Source: a virus. From it: a DNA stretch of 44,868 nt. Where the stretch lies: the IMG/VR virus record IMGVR_UViG_3300045988_145891; one strand, written 5' to 3'. Position 1 is the first letter of the stretch, and each line of letters starts with the position of its first letter. Both the position numbers and the translations under genes were made by a program. Below the pieces are notes generated by a model. The model searched no databases. It was not told where the DNA came from and worked only from the letters and a program-made list of their open reading frames with translations. Shown piece by piece: positions 25,742 to 33,857 of the stretch.

Positions 25742-26050
25742 CTAAAATGGAAAAACAGACTCACTATCTTCTTCCTCAACATCATCTTGCTTTTTAACAG
25801 TACCAATAGTTATTTTAACCTCTTTCTTAGAATTATAATTATCTAAGATAGCTTGAGTAAACTCTTTCTTAGCCATTATGTAACTCTTCCATTCTTCTCC
25901 ACTCTTATAACTTGGATATGCTAAGAAATCTCCATTCTTACCTTCTCTTACATTTACACCTGTTATCCATATTATTCCATCTATTCCTATTGATAGACTA
26001 GCTTTTACTCCTTGTAAGCTACTCTTAAAACTTTTAATTGTTATTTCCAT
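25742..26050 (-). CDS. SpoVG-like nucleic-acid-binding protein with acidic SSB-like C-terminal tail (EEEDSESVFPF), 102 aa
   Basis: MEITIKSFKSSLQGVKASLSIGIDGIIWITGVNVREGKNGDFLAYPSYKSGEEWKSYI...AILDNY parallels SpoVG (MEVTDVRL...[30 protein letters not shown]...). The C-terminal acidic tip is like the SSB DDDIPF. Confidence 0.5.
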   Translation of the reverse strand: MEITIKSFKSSLQGVKASLSIGIDGIIWITGVNVREGKNGDFLAYPSYKSGEEWKSYIMAKKEFTQAILDNYNSKKEVKITIGTVKKQDDVEEEDSESVFPF

Positions 26051-26059
26051 TTTTCCTCC

Positions 26060-26236
26060 TTAATCATTTCTGCTCTCCTCTCCTTTGTTATTTTCCCAAT
26101 ATCCACCACAACCTTCTGTCCACTCATATCTTGAATGGCAGTTAGGACAAACCCACTCTTCTTCTCTAGGCTCGTGGTAACCATCGCCACCAGACCAAAC
26201 CTTTTTCATTTTACTTTCACAAAATTTGCACTCCAT
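26060..26236 (-). CDS. Zinc-ribbon protein, 58 aa (CxxC...CxxC)
   Basis: RBS GGAGGT before the ATG. MECKFCESK...VCPNCHSRYEWTEGCGGYW. Absent from the ORF track because it is shorter than 60 aa. Confidence 0.45.
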   Translation of the reverse strand: MECKFCESKMKKVWSGGDGYHEPREEEWVCPNCHSRYEWTEGCGGYWENNKGEESRND

Positions 26237-26244
26237 TTTACCTC

Positions 26245-26760
26245 CTACTTAATACTTATATTTTTTCTATCTTCTAAGATAGCTCCATCAACAGTTTCTC
26301 CAGACTTGATAGCTTTAGCAATAGCTCTTAAATCTTCCTTAAACTCTTGTTTCATCACTATATACTTAGCTGGAACTTTTTCATAATCAGTGATTTTAAC
26401 TCCTTGTGATTTAGTTATCTTGATAGTTCCGTTAGCTGTTTCTATTTTGTTTTTACCTAATTTTTCCATACAGTACAGTATATATTTCTCAAAATTCTTT
26501 TGACGGTTTGCGAGAGTCTTTTTAAAAGCTTCTAACCTCTTAATCTCATCTGACACTTGGCTAATTAGACCATCTCTGTTTTTATGGTATTTTACGACGT
26601 CAGAGGACTTCTCAACTATTTGTTTCTCTAAGTCATTTTTCAACTCTTCCAAAACATCAGTGTCAATTATTTCTCCTGTTTCATCATCAATACAACTATC
26701 AAATAGTTCTTCCCATTTCTCAAGTTCTGCTACTCTTGAGTATAATGTCATTTTTTTCAT
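26245..26760 (-). CDS. Sipho_Gp157-like protein (recombination-module protein of Sfi21-type phages), 171 aa
   Basis: N-terminal MTLYSRVAELEKWEELFD..DDETGEIIDTDVLEEL and overall helical pattern resemble the Gp157 family. Lies in the same operon as Erf. Confidence 0.45.
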   Translation of the reverse strand: MKKMTLYSRVAELEKWEELFDSCIDDETGEIIDTDVLEELKNDLEKQIVEKSSDVVKYHKNRDGLISQVSDEIKRLEAFKKTLANRQKNFEKYILYCMEKLGKNKIETANGTIKITKSQGVKITDYEKVPAKYIVMKQEFKEDLRAIAKAIKSGETVDGAILEDRKNISIK

Positions 26761-26761
26761 T

Positions 26762-27286
26762 CTATACCTCCTCTATTATCTCTCTTATCCACTCTTCTGA
26801 ATAAATTATTCTAGCATTTTTATAGAAGTTTACCCACTGTTCTAAAGCAACCTTGAATCTTTGGTATTCTTCCAACTTGCCAACTCTCTCAATAGTCTTG
26901 ACAAGTCTTGTATCTAAGTAATGGAAAGCTACCATTAGACTTAGGAAAGAATCTCCAAAAGTACTGTTAGGTAATGTTGAATTTAGTGTATCTATAAACT
27001 TTTTCTTAAATAGATAACAGAACTCTCCTCTACTATCAATATAGTAATCAGCTATCTTTCTGATAAAACTAATACTATTTTCTTTGGATATTCCCTTACT
27101 TCTGAATACCTCTTCTATCTTATCCATATTACCTCTCATTCTTGTCAATAGACCTTTTTGATAAGGACTAAGAGAGTCTGGACCTTCCTGTTTTATCCAA
27201 TCCCCCCATACCTTGATAGTCATATCAACATTGTGTAGAATGAGATAAGTCGCTAGAGCAGCTTCTCTCTCAAACTTATCATACAT
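26762..27286 (-). CDS. Hypothetical protein, ~174 aa, first gene of the early-left operon (start MYDKF with RBS GAGGTGG)
   Basis: RBS spacing supports the second ATG. Confidence 0.4.
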   Translation of the reverse strand: MYDKFEREAALATYLILHNVDMTIKVWGDWIKQEGPDSLSPYQKGLLTRMRGNMDKIEEVFRSKGISKENSISFIRKIADYYIDSRGEFCYLFKKKFIDTLNSTLPNSTFGDSFLSLMVAFHYLDTRLVKTIERVGKLEEYQRFKVALEQWVNFYKNARIIYSEEWIREIIEEV

Positions 27287-27306
27287 ATTAACCACCTCGT
27301 GATATT

Positions 27307-27335
27307 ATCATATCACTTTTAGTAATAAATGTCAA
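27307..27335 (-). promoter_or_regulatory. Early-left promoter: TTGACA-N17-TGaTATGAT, overlapping the imperfect palindrome GTGATATTATCATATCAC (operator-like)
   Basis: Consensus -35 and extended -10. Inverted repeat TGATAT-tatc-ATATCA spans the -10. Confidence 0.6.
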
Positions 27336-27368
27336 TACTATTTTTAATGAAAAACACAATTTTAATTA

Positions 27369-27398
27369 TTGACTTTTTTGTATATTCTGTTATATAAT
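27369..27398 (+). promoter_or_regulatory. Early-right promoter: TTGACT-N18-TATAAT, divergent from the early-left promoter
   Basis: Consensus hexamers about 30 nt upstream of the wHTH gene RBS GGAGGG. Confidence 0.6.
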
Positions 27399-27428
27399 AA
27401 AAATATAAAAACTTATTAGGAGGGAATT

Positions 27429-27680
27429 ATGTCAATAATAATTTATGAAGATGATACTAAGAACATAGGATTCAAAGAGTTAGGATTCTATGTATGGTTA
27501 AAAGCTAACACTAAAACTACAAGAGATGGTAACTTGCTTTCTTATCTTGAGATTGAGAAAAAGACAGGAACTATATATAGGACTGCTAGAGGTTATGTTG
27601 ATACATTAGTTGATAAAGGATATATCAGACTAACTAAGAAAGGTATTCCAGCTAGAATATATGTTAAGTTTTTAAAATAA
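27429..27680 (+). CDS. Winged-helix DNA-binding protein (putative transcriptional regulator), 83 aa
   Basis: LSYLEIEKKTGTIYRTARGYVDTLVDKGYIRLTKKG resembles a MarR/ArsR-type wHTH. First gene after the divergent promoter. Confidence 0.4.
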   Translation: MSIIIYEDDTKNIGFKELGFYVWLKANTKTTRDGNLLSYLEIEKKTGTIYRTARGYVDTLVDKGYIRLTKKGIPARIYVKFLK

Positions 27681-27693
27681 GGAGGTGGAGTAG

Positions 27694-27972
27694 ATGGCTG
27701 AAACAAAAGATAAATTATCAAAACTTTATTTAAAAGTTAAAAGAACTCCAGAAACAATAACTTTTGATGAAGTGTCAAAAGAATTATGGGGTATAATAGA
27801 AGAAGTTGACAGCATATCCGATATTTTAAAACAAAAAGATAAAACAATTGAGAGATTAAAAGCTGAAAATTGCGAACTTCATTTTGAATTACAGAGAATT
27901 AAATTAGAAAAGGTTAGTGTAGAAGAACTTAAAACTAGAGCTGCAAAAACTCCAGAATATTTAAAAGACTAA
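27694..27972 (+). CDS. Hypothetical coiled-coil protein, 92 aa
   Basis: ORF with RBS GGAGGTGGAG. Confidence 0.4.
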   Translation: MAETKDKLSKLYLKVKRTPETITFDEVSKELWGIIEEVDSISDILKQKDKTIERLKAENCELHFELQRIKLEKVSVEELKTRAAKTPEYLKD

Positions 27973-27975
27973 GGT

Positions 27976-28668
27976 GTGGTACAAATGAATGAATATGAAA
28001 AATCTTTACTAAAAGCTATTAATAGTAAATATGAAAATAGGGAAAAATTTGAATTTATAAGACAAGACTTACAATTTATAAAAGCTTTAGAAAAATTAAA
28101 AGAAACAGAAATTGAAGTTCCATACATAGATGAAATTCTAGGAGATAAAGAGGTGGAGGAAATGACTGAAAAAGAATTTAAAAATTTAGGAACAGGAAAA
28201 ACATTTAATGCAAATGGTAAAAGATTTATAGTTGTTGAAAGTATAAAAACTCACTGTAAAGGTTGTTTTTTTGAAGGTGGTAAAAACTTCGATTGTAATG
28301 AATGGTCTTTAGATTTGCCATACTGTACATCTGTTAGGAGAGAAGATGGAAAAAATGTTGTTTTTAAAGAGGTTAAAACTGATGTTATTATCAATAAAAA
28401 CAAACCTCATTCTGATGAAATTTTATCTTTTGAGGAAATAGTTAGAAGTGGTTTAAACATTTCAATAAAAGTAGATAAAACAGAGTTCCTTCTAACATAT
28501 AACGATAAAAAACAGGCAATGTTCACAGATAAATTTTTAATATTAGTTAGACAAAGCGACGAAGATTCTTGGGATATTATAGGAGAAGAAACTGACTATA
28601 AAGAAGCAGAACTATGTTTTATTACAGAGGTTAGTAGATACAGAGATTTAAGTTATGATGAGGTGTAA
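27976..28668 (+). CDS. Hypothetical protein with Cys-rich zinc-ribbon-like domain (paralog of 25390-25623), 230 aa
   Basis: GKRFIVVESIKTHCKGCFFEGGKNFDCNEWSLDLPYCTSVRREDGKNVVFKEVKTD. Confidence 0.45.
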   Translation: MVQMNEYEKSLLKAINSKYENREKFEFIRQDLQFIKALEKLKETEIEVPYIDEILGDKEVEEMTEKEFKNLGTGKTFNANGKRFIVVESIKTHCKGCFFEGGKNFDCNEWSLDLPYCTSVRREDGKNVVFKEVKTDVIINKNKPHSDEILSFEEIVRSGLNISIKVDKTEFLLTYNDKKQAMFTDKFLILVRQSDEDSWDIIGEETDYKEAELCFITEVSRYRDLSYDEV

Positions 28669-28999
28669 GATGACGCAAGTAGTAAATTTTAAAAGCATTC
28701 CAGAATACTATCAAAAAGAAGAAAGAGGTATAAAAAACAATACAGTTAGAGTCTGGGAAAGATTTGATAAAAGGTTTAAATTATTAGATGACTTTATATA
28801 TGGTGCAATAGATGATTTAGAAATAAAAATAACAAATACTGAAACAGGAGAAAGCTTTACAAGAAGAATTAGAGATGTAACGGAATTTGAAGTTGCAGGT
28901 AAACCCTTGTATATCATAACTTGGTATAATTCTCTCAATCACGAGAAAGAAGACCTTAAAATTTTATTGAGTATTTTAGAGGTGGAAGATGAAAGATAA
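28655..28999 (+). CDS. Hypothetical protein, possibly ASCH-like beta-barrel, 114 aa
   Basis: Weak pattern similarity only. Confidence 0.3.
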   Translation: MMRCKMTQVVNFKSIPEYYQKEERGIKNNTVRVWERFDKRFKLLDDFIYGAIDDLEIKITNTETGESFTRRIRDVTEFEVAGKPLYIITWYNSLNHEKEDLKILLSILEVEDER

Positions 29000-29117
29000 A
29001 AAAGATGACCCGATAATTTTATTAATAATAATGGTTGCTATCATATTTGCAATTTCATATGGTATTGACTTAATTAACTTTATTATCAAGGTAAAGATAT
29101 TTAAATGGTTTATGTAG
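28989..29117 (+). CDS. Small TM protein, 42 aa (MKDKKDDPIILLIIMVAIIFAISYGIDLINFIIKVKIFKWFM)
   Basis: ATGA overlap with the upstream stop. Followed by a terminator. Confidence 0.35.
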   Translation: MKDKKDDPIILLIIMVAIIFAISYGIDLINFIIKVKIFKWFM

Positions 29118-29143
29118 GAGAGGATAACACCTCTCTTTTTTTA
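29118..29143 (+). terminator. Rho-independent terminator (GAGAGG-ataaca-CCTCTC + T7)
   Basis: 6-bp stem followed by TTTTTTT. Confidence 0.65.
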
Positions 29144-29151
29144 TAAAAATA

Positions 29152-29180
29152 TATTGACTTATTAATTATAATTTGTTATA
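29152..29180 (+). promoter_or_regulatory. Promoter TTGACT-N17-TATAAT for the replication operon
   Basis: Consensus hexamers about 30 nt upstream of the AbrB-like gene RBS. Confidence 0.55.
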
Positions 29181-29212
29181 ATAGGTTATATCAAAAGTAA
29201 CAAGGAGGAACT

Positions 29213-29341
29213 ATGAAATTAGTATTAAAAATCACAAGAATAGGAAATTCAAAAGGTATAACAATACCTAAGGATATTCTGGAAAAGTTAGGAAAAGACA
29301 TAGGAGATTATGTAGAAATTGAATTGAAGGAGGAAAAATAG
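29213..29341 (+). CDS. AbrB/MazE (SpoVT_AbrB swapped-hairpin) family small DNA-binding protein, 42 aa
   Basis: MKLVLKITRIGNSKGITIPKDILEKLGKDIGDYVEIEL matches the AbrB-N/MazE pattern (KIGNS.G..IPK.....LGL..GD.VEI). RBS AAGGAGG. Absent from the ORF track because it is shorter than 60 aa. Confidence 0.5.
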   Translation: MKLVLKITRIGNSKGITIPKDILEKLGKDIGDYVEIELKEEK

Positions 29342-29342
29342 A

Positions 29343-30254
29343 ATGAATGAAGTAAAATGGATAAAAATAACTACTGATATTTTCGATGATGAGAAAATAA
29401 AACTTATAGACAGTATGCCAGATAGAGATACATTACTTGTGATATGGTTTAAGCTGTTGGCTATGGCTGGTAAAACTAATGACAGAGGTTTAGTTTATGT
29501 TATAAAAGAGATTCCTACTACTGATGAAATGTTAGCAACTATATTTAATAGACCTATCAATACAGTTAGATTAGCTCTCAAAACATTCTCTGATTTTGGA
29601 ATGATTGAGATAAATAAACATATAAATATAGTGAATTGGGATAAACACCAAAATGTAGATGGACTAGATAAAATAAGGGAACAAGCTAGATTAAGACAGG
29701 CTAGATATAGAGAAAAACAAAAGAATTTACTAGAAGATAAAAGTAACGTTACAGTAACGTCAAGTAACGCTCTAGATATAGATATAGAAAAAGAAAAAGA
29801 AATAGATAAGAAGAAAGATAAAAAAGAGAAAATTACAGAACAACTCAACGAACTAAATATATCTGATAGCCTAAAACAAAAGTTCATTGAGTTTATAGAA
29901 TACAGAAAACAAATTAAGAAACCATTAAAAACTATAAGACCTATAACTAGTGAGATTAATAAGATAGGTAAAGATTATCAATCAGAAGAACATTTAATAG
30001 AGAGTATAGATTTTAGTATGGATAAAGAATATCAAGGAATATTTCCTACTAAGAACTATAAATCTAATAAAGATACTAAACCTAGTATAGATACTAAGAT
30101 TGTAAATAGAATAGGTAAAATAGAAATGTTACTAGATACTAATAACATTATCTATGAGAAAGATAAGTTATTCTTAGAAGAAACACTAACTGATGATAGA
30201 TACAGTAATTATAGATATATACTAGATAAGATAGATAAAGCAGAGATAGTGTAA
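29343..30254 (+). CDS. Phage replisome organiser (Phage_rep_org_N family; DnaD-like replication initiator), 303 aa
   Basis: N-terminal WIKITTDIFDDEKIKLIDSMPDRDTLLVIWFKLLAMAGKTNDRGLVY matches the replisome-organiser N-terminal consensus. Low-complexity K/E/D linker. Confidence 0.6.
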   Translation: MNEVKWIKITTDIFDDEKIKLIDSMPDRDTLLVIWFKLLAMAGKTNDRGLVYVIKEIPTTDEMLATIFNRPINTVRLALKTFSDFGMIEINKHINIVNWDKHQNVDGLDKIREQARLRQARYREKQKNLLEDKSNVTVTSSNALDIDIEKEKEIDKKKDKKEKITEQLNELNISDSLKQKFIEFIEYRKQIKKPLKTIRPITSEINKIGKDYQSEEHLIESIDFSMDKEYQGIFPTKNYKSNKDTKPSIDTKIVNRIGKIEMLLDTNNIIYEKDKLFLEETLTDDRYSNYRYILDKIDKAEIV

Positions 30255-30392
30255 TGTCCTATGGACATATTACCTTATTACTTAATTAAGTTAGTGGAAA
30301 GTATAAGTAAATGATTTACTAGAACTAACTTAAGACTTTGAGAAAAGAAAGAAAAAAATTGCGGTTAAAAAGAAAGAAAAGAAAGGAGAAAC

Positions 30393-30971
30393 ATGAAAAC
30401 AGTTCAAGGTGTAGGCATTAATGATTATGTTGGTAAAATTTATATAAATGGAGAAATTATAAAAAGCTATAAATTTTGGGCAAATATGTTATGCAGATGT
30501 TATAACAAAAAATTTCAAGAAAAGTTTACCAATTACAAAGGTTGCACGGTTTGTGATGAATGGTTAAGTTTTTCAAATTTCAAAAAATGGTTTGATGAAA
30601 ACTATAGATTTGATTTAGAAGAAAAAGGTATTAGATTAGAATTAGACAAAGATTTACTTGTTAAAGGTAATAAAATTTATTCTCCTAGAAGATGTGTTTT
30701 TATCCCTAAAAAAATAAATGGTTTCTTAACTAATATTCAAAAAACTAACACTTCGGGTTATGCAGGAGTTTATTTTGACAAAGTAAACAATAAATGGGTA
30801 GCTCAAAAAAGAGATTTCGAAACTGGAAAACGAATAAAAATAGGTTCTTATAACAGCAAAATCAAAGCAAGTATAAAATACGATTTGTATAGAGAAAAAG
30901 ATGTAGAAAAAGCTAAGAAATATTTAAAATCATTAGGGTATAACAATAAAGTTTTGGAAGCTTTAAGATAA
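30393..30971 (+). CDS. HNH-family homing-endonuclease-like protein with C-terminal AP2 DNA-binding domain, 192 aa
   Basis: WANMLCRCYN...YKGCTVCDEWLSFSNFKKW (phage HNH family W.M..RC.N...Y..Y.G..VC.EW..F..F..W). C-terminal SGYAGVYFDKVNNKWVAQKR...GSYNSK AP2-like pattern. Confidence 0.5.
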   Translation: MKTVQGVGINDYVGKIYINGEIIKSYKFWANMLCRCYNKKFQEKFTNYKGCTVCDEWLSFSNFKKWFDENYRFDLEEKGIRLELDKDLLVKGNKIYSPRRCVFIPKKINGFLTNIQKTNTSGYAGVYFDKVNNKWVAQKRDFETGKRIKIGSYNSKIKASIKYDLYREKDVEKAKKYLKSLGYNNKVLEALR

Positions 30972-31108
30972 AACACACTTATAACCTCATTAAACTTAAA
31001 ATAAGTAGTTTTAACATATTAGATGATTAATTAGTCAACTAAAAGTTTAGAAAAGGTTTTAGAGGTAAATGACAAAGTGAGAGAGGTATTTGAAAGGAGA
31101 AGTTAAAT

Positions 31109-31513
31109 ATGATAGCCAGAAAAGTTTTTGCAATAGCAGAGGATTTAAAAATAATAGAGGAGGAAGTAGGTTTATTAACTGAATACTTAGAAGTTTCAAA
31201 AGATAGAAAAATAATTATAGAATTGGAAGCAGAAAGAAAACCAACATTAAAATTATTTCTTAAAGAGAATATTAGCAAAGAAATTTTGAATATATTAATA
31301 AATAAACGTTTAGAAGAATATAACAAAATAATAGAAGAGCTCAAGAAAGAAGGTATAAAAATAACTAATGTTTTTGAAAAAGAAAAAATAGAAAATAAAA
31401 TAAAAAATTATAAAAAAGAACTAGATGATTTATGGGGTAGAGGTTTGTTTACTCGAGGAGAAGAAGTTCAAAAATATATAGAAGAATTAGAAAGCAAACT
31501 AAAAGAATTATAG
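31109..31513 (+). CDS. Hypothetical coiled-coil protein, 134 aa
   Basis: ORF with RBS AAAGGAGAAG. Confidence 0.4.
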   Translation: MIARKVFAIAEDLKIIEEEVGLLTEYLEVSKDRKIIIELEAERKPTLKLFLKENISKEILNILINKRLEEYNKIIEELKKEGIKITNVFEKEKIENKIKNYKKELDDLWGRGLFTRGEEVQKYIEELESKLKEL

Positions 31514-31523
31514 GAGAAGTTTT

Positions 31524-32840
31524 ATGAATGAATTAACTTTTGAAGATTTTAGCAAACTAAAAAAAGAAGAACAGTTAAATAAGTTAAAAGAGGAATATAA
31601 AAACAATAAGACTAATGAGGGAGAACTTAAAATATGCAATTTATTAGCAGTACATCAACTAAGTAAAAAACAGTTGAATCTTATCTTCCAAGCAGATAGA
31701 ATGTTTTTCTCCACGAATGTTAGAAAGTTTTTAGATATTTGTGAGGAAAAGTTTAATAATGATTTACCTATTACTTTTAGTCAAAATGAGATAAAAGATA
31801 TTAGTGTAATATCTCTCTTAGGTTCTGTGGTGGAGATTAACGCTAGTGAAGATATGTTAGTCGAGTATTTAAACCTTGTAATATTAGAATGGGCTAGAAA
31901 CAAGTTTGAGGAGCTTAGAACAGTACCGACAACAGAGAGTGCTTTAGAAAGAATGAATAGTATGATTAAAGCTATTGAGGGTACTGTATCTAGCACTAAA
32001 TATTATAATATTTCAGATGATATTATGTCAATGTTTGAATATTATGATAATGCAACTAAAGTGATGAAGTCTGGTATAAAGAGTTTTGATGATTGGTTTT
32101 TATTAGAGCCTACTGATGTACTATTACTTGGAGGTCAAAGTGGAACAGGTAAGACAGCATTTTCATTACAGCTGGTAGATGGTTTGGTAAACAATGGTAA
32201 TAGAGGTATTTTCTTTAGCTTAGAAATGAATAATATTCAAATGTATAGAAGATTAATAGCTATGAAAGGTAGTATAAATATATCTAAGCTAATGACTTCT
32301 GAAAGTTTTTCTAATCTATCCAAGACTGAATACAACAAATTCAATGAAGCAGTAGGTAAAATAAAAACTTATGGAGATAGGTTAGTAATGTGTTATGAAG
32401 CTCAATCTCTAATGGATATTATTTCCATTACCAAGAAAGAAAACTCAAAGAAAAAATTAGACTTCATAGTGGTAGATTATGTTCAGTTAGTTTCTCATAA
32501 AGCAGCTAGTGAAGTACAGAGAATAACTGAAATTTCATTAGAGTTAAAAAGACTTGCTAAAGAATTAGGAATAGTAGTAATAGGACTATCTCAACTTAGC
32601 AGAAAGAAAACTGATGGTACAGATATGACAGCTCTTAAAGGAAGTTCTCAATTAGAGAATGACGCTTCTCAAATACTCATTCTTAAATCAGAATTTGAAG
32701 ATGAAGAAGAACAAGATACAGATGACCTTAAATCTATTGTGGCTAATGTGAATAAAAATAGAAATGGTAGAGTAGGTAAATACAGAATGATGTTTAATAA
32801 ACCAATGCAAAAGTTTATAGATACAGAAGGGAGAAAGTAA
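31524..32840 (+). CDS. DnaB-like replicative helicase (RecA-fold C-terminal domain), 438 aa
   Basis: Walker A GGQSGTGKTAFSLQL, FSLEM (H1a), VVDYVQLV (Walker B/H2) and GLSQLSRK (H4) motifs. Confidence 0.8.
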   Translation: MNELTFEDFSKLKKEEQLNKLKEEYKNNKTNEGELKICNLLAVHQLSKKQLNLIFQADRMFFSTNVRKFLDICEEKFNNDLPITFSQNEIKDISVISLLGSVVEINASEDMLVEYLNLVILEWARNKFEELRTVPTTESALERMNSMIKAIEGTVSSTKYYNISDDIMSMFEYYDNATKVMKSGIKSFDDWFLLEPTDVLLLGGQSGTGKTAFSLQLVDGLVNNGNRGIFFSLEMNNIQMYRRLIAMKGSINISKLMTSESFSNLSKTEYNKFNEAVGKIKTYGDRLVMCYEAQSLMDIISITKKENSKKKLDFIVVDYVQLVSHKAASEVQRITEISLELKRLAKELGIVVIGLSQLSRKKTDGTDMTALKGSSQLENDASQILILKSEFEDEEEQDTDDLKSIVANVNKNRNGRVGKYRMMFNKPMQKFIDTEGRK

Positions 32841-33023
32841 ATGATTAATGTTAAAAAAGTAAAAGATGACGTTTGGAGAGTATGTTTAAATTGTCATTCT
32901 AAAGAAGGGTATGAGATAGAAATTTCCAATGGTAATCAAGGAGTTGTATGGACTTTATGTAAAGATTGTATTGATGAGCTTATTAAAAAAATCAAAGAGG
33001 TAGAAGATGGTAATAACAACTAA
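32841..33023 (+). CDS. Zinc-ribbon protein, 60 aa (CLNCHS...CKDC)
   Basis: Two CxxC pairs. Confidence 0.4.
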   Translation: MINVKKVKDDVWRVCLNCHSKEGYEIEISNGNQGVVWTLCKDCIDELIKKIKEVEDGNNN

Positions 33024-33384
33024 TACAGGGGAAAAAATTGTAGATGTATTCTACCAGAGAATACCTAAATTTATTGAAGAAATAAAAGTAGGTCAAAAGA
33101 AAATAGGAATAGTAGTAGCTCTAGTGTTGAAAAAAAATGTTGAACACAAATATCTATTTGCTAGAAAAGAAGATTTGCAAGAGTTTATTACTAAGTTAGG
33201 AGTAAATCCTAATGATGTATTAAAACACTTGGATAGAAATAGAGTAGTAGAGGAAGATATTAAATTATCAGAAAATAACTTAGAGTTATTACAGTTCTTA
33301 GAGAGAATATCCAGAGGTATGGGAAGTAGTATTTTTAAAGAAAACGTTAAGAAAAAAATAGAACAAATGAGAATAGGAGAGTAA
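33007..33384 (+). CDS. Hypothetical protein, 125 aa
   Basis: ORF overlapping its neighbours. Confidence 0.4.
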   Translation: MVITTNTGEKIVDVFYQRIPKFIEEIKVGQKKIGIVVALVLKKNVEHKYLFARKEDLQEFITKLGVNPNDVLKHLDRNRVVEEDIKLSENNLELLQFLERISRGMGSSIFKENVKKKIEQMRIGE

Positions 33385-33386
33385 TT

Positions 33387-33587
33387 ATGAGTAGACAAGC
33401 AAAGAAAAAAGAAATAAACAGATATAGAATTTTAATAGGAAAGGCAAGAGTTGAAAGCATGAAAAACTTTGAGGAATGTTTCTTACTAAGAAGAGAAAAC
33501 TTAATTTTAAAAAAAGAAATAGCTAGATTAGAAAAGGAAAACGAACAATTAAAAAATAAAGGTTTATTAAGTAGAATATTCGGATAA
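33387..33587 (+). CDS. Basic coiled-coil (bZIP-like) protein, 66 aa
   Basis: Basic N-terminus followed by a leucine heptad (ENLILKKEIARLEKENEQLK). Confidence 0.35.
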   Translation: MSRQAKKKEINRYRILIGKARVESMKNFEECFLLRRENLILKKEIARLEKENEQLKNKGLLSRIFG

Positions 33588-33594
33588 ATTATCA

Positions 33595-33623
33595 TTGACA
33601 CTATCATATCTAAGTGATATAAT
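33595..33623 (+). promoter_or_regulatory. Promoter TTGACA-N17-TGaTATAAT (extended -10; contains the TAAGTGATATAAT motif) for the XRE gene
   Basis: Consensus elements about 20 nt upstream of RBS AAGGAGGTGG. Confidence 0.6.
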
Positions 33624-33644
33624 AATATCTAAGGAGGTGGTAGT

Positions 33645-33857
33645 TTGTTAAAGATAAAATGTAAATTTGCAGAAGCACTAAAAGAAAAAGGAATATCTCA
33701 AGCAGAGTTTGAGAGAATGACAGGAGTACATCACACAACACTTAAGACACATAGACTGAACACTGCTAAGAGGATAGATTACAATACTCTCTTAGCTATG
33801 TGTACAGTGTTGGATAAAACACCTGGAGATTTATTGGTGGTAGAAGATGAGAAATAA
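33645..33857 (+). CDS. XRE-family helix-turn-helix transcriptional regulator (Cro/CI-type), 70 aa, TTG start codon
   Basis: ISQAEFERMTGVHHTTLKTH resembles an HTH_3 motif. The start is assigned to TTG by the ORF track, preceded by a strong RBS. Confidence 0.55.
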   Translation: MLKIKCKFAEALKEKGISQAEFERMTGVHHTTLKTHRLNTAKRIDYNTLLAMCTVLDKTPGDLLVVEDEK

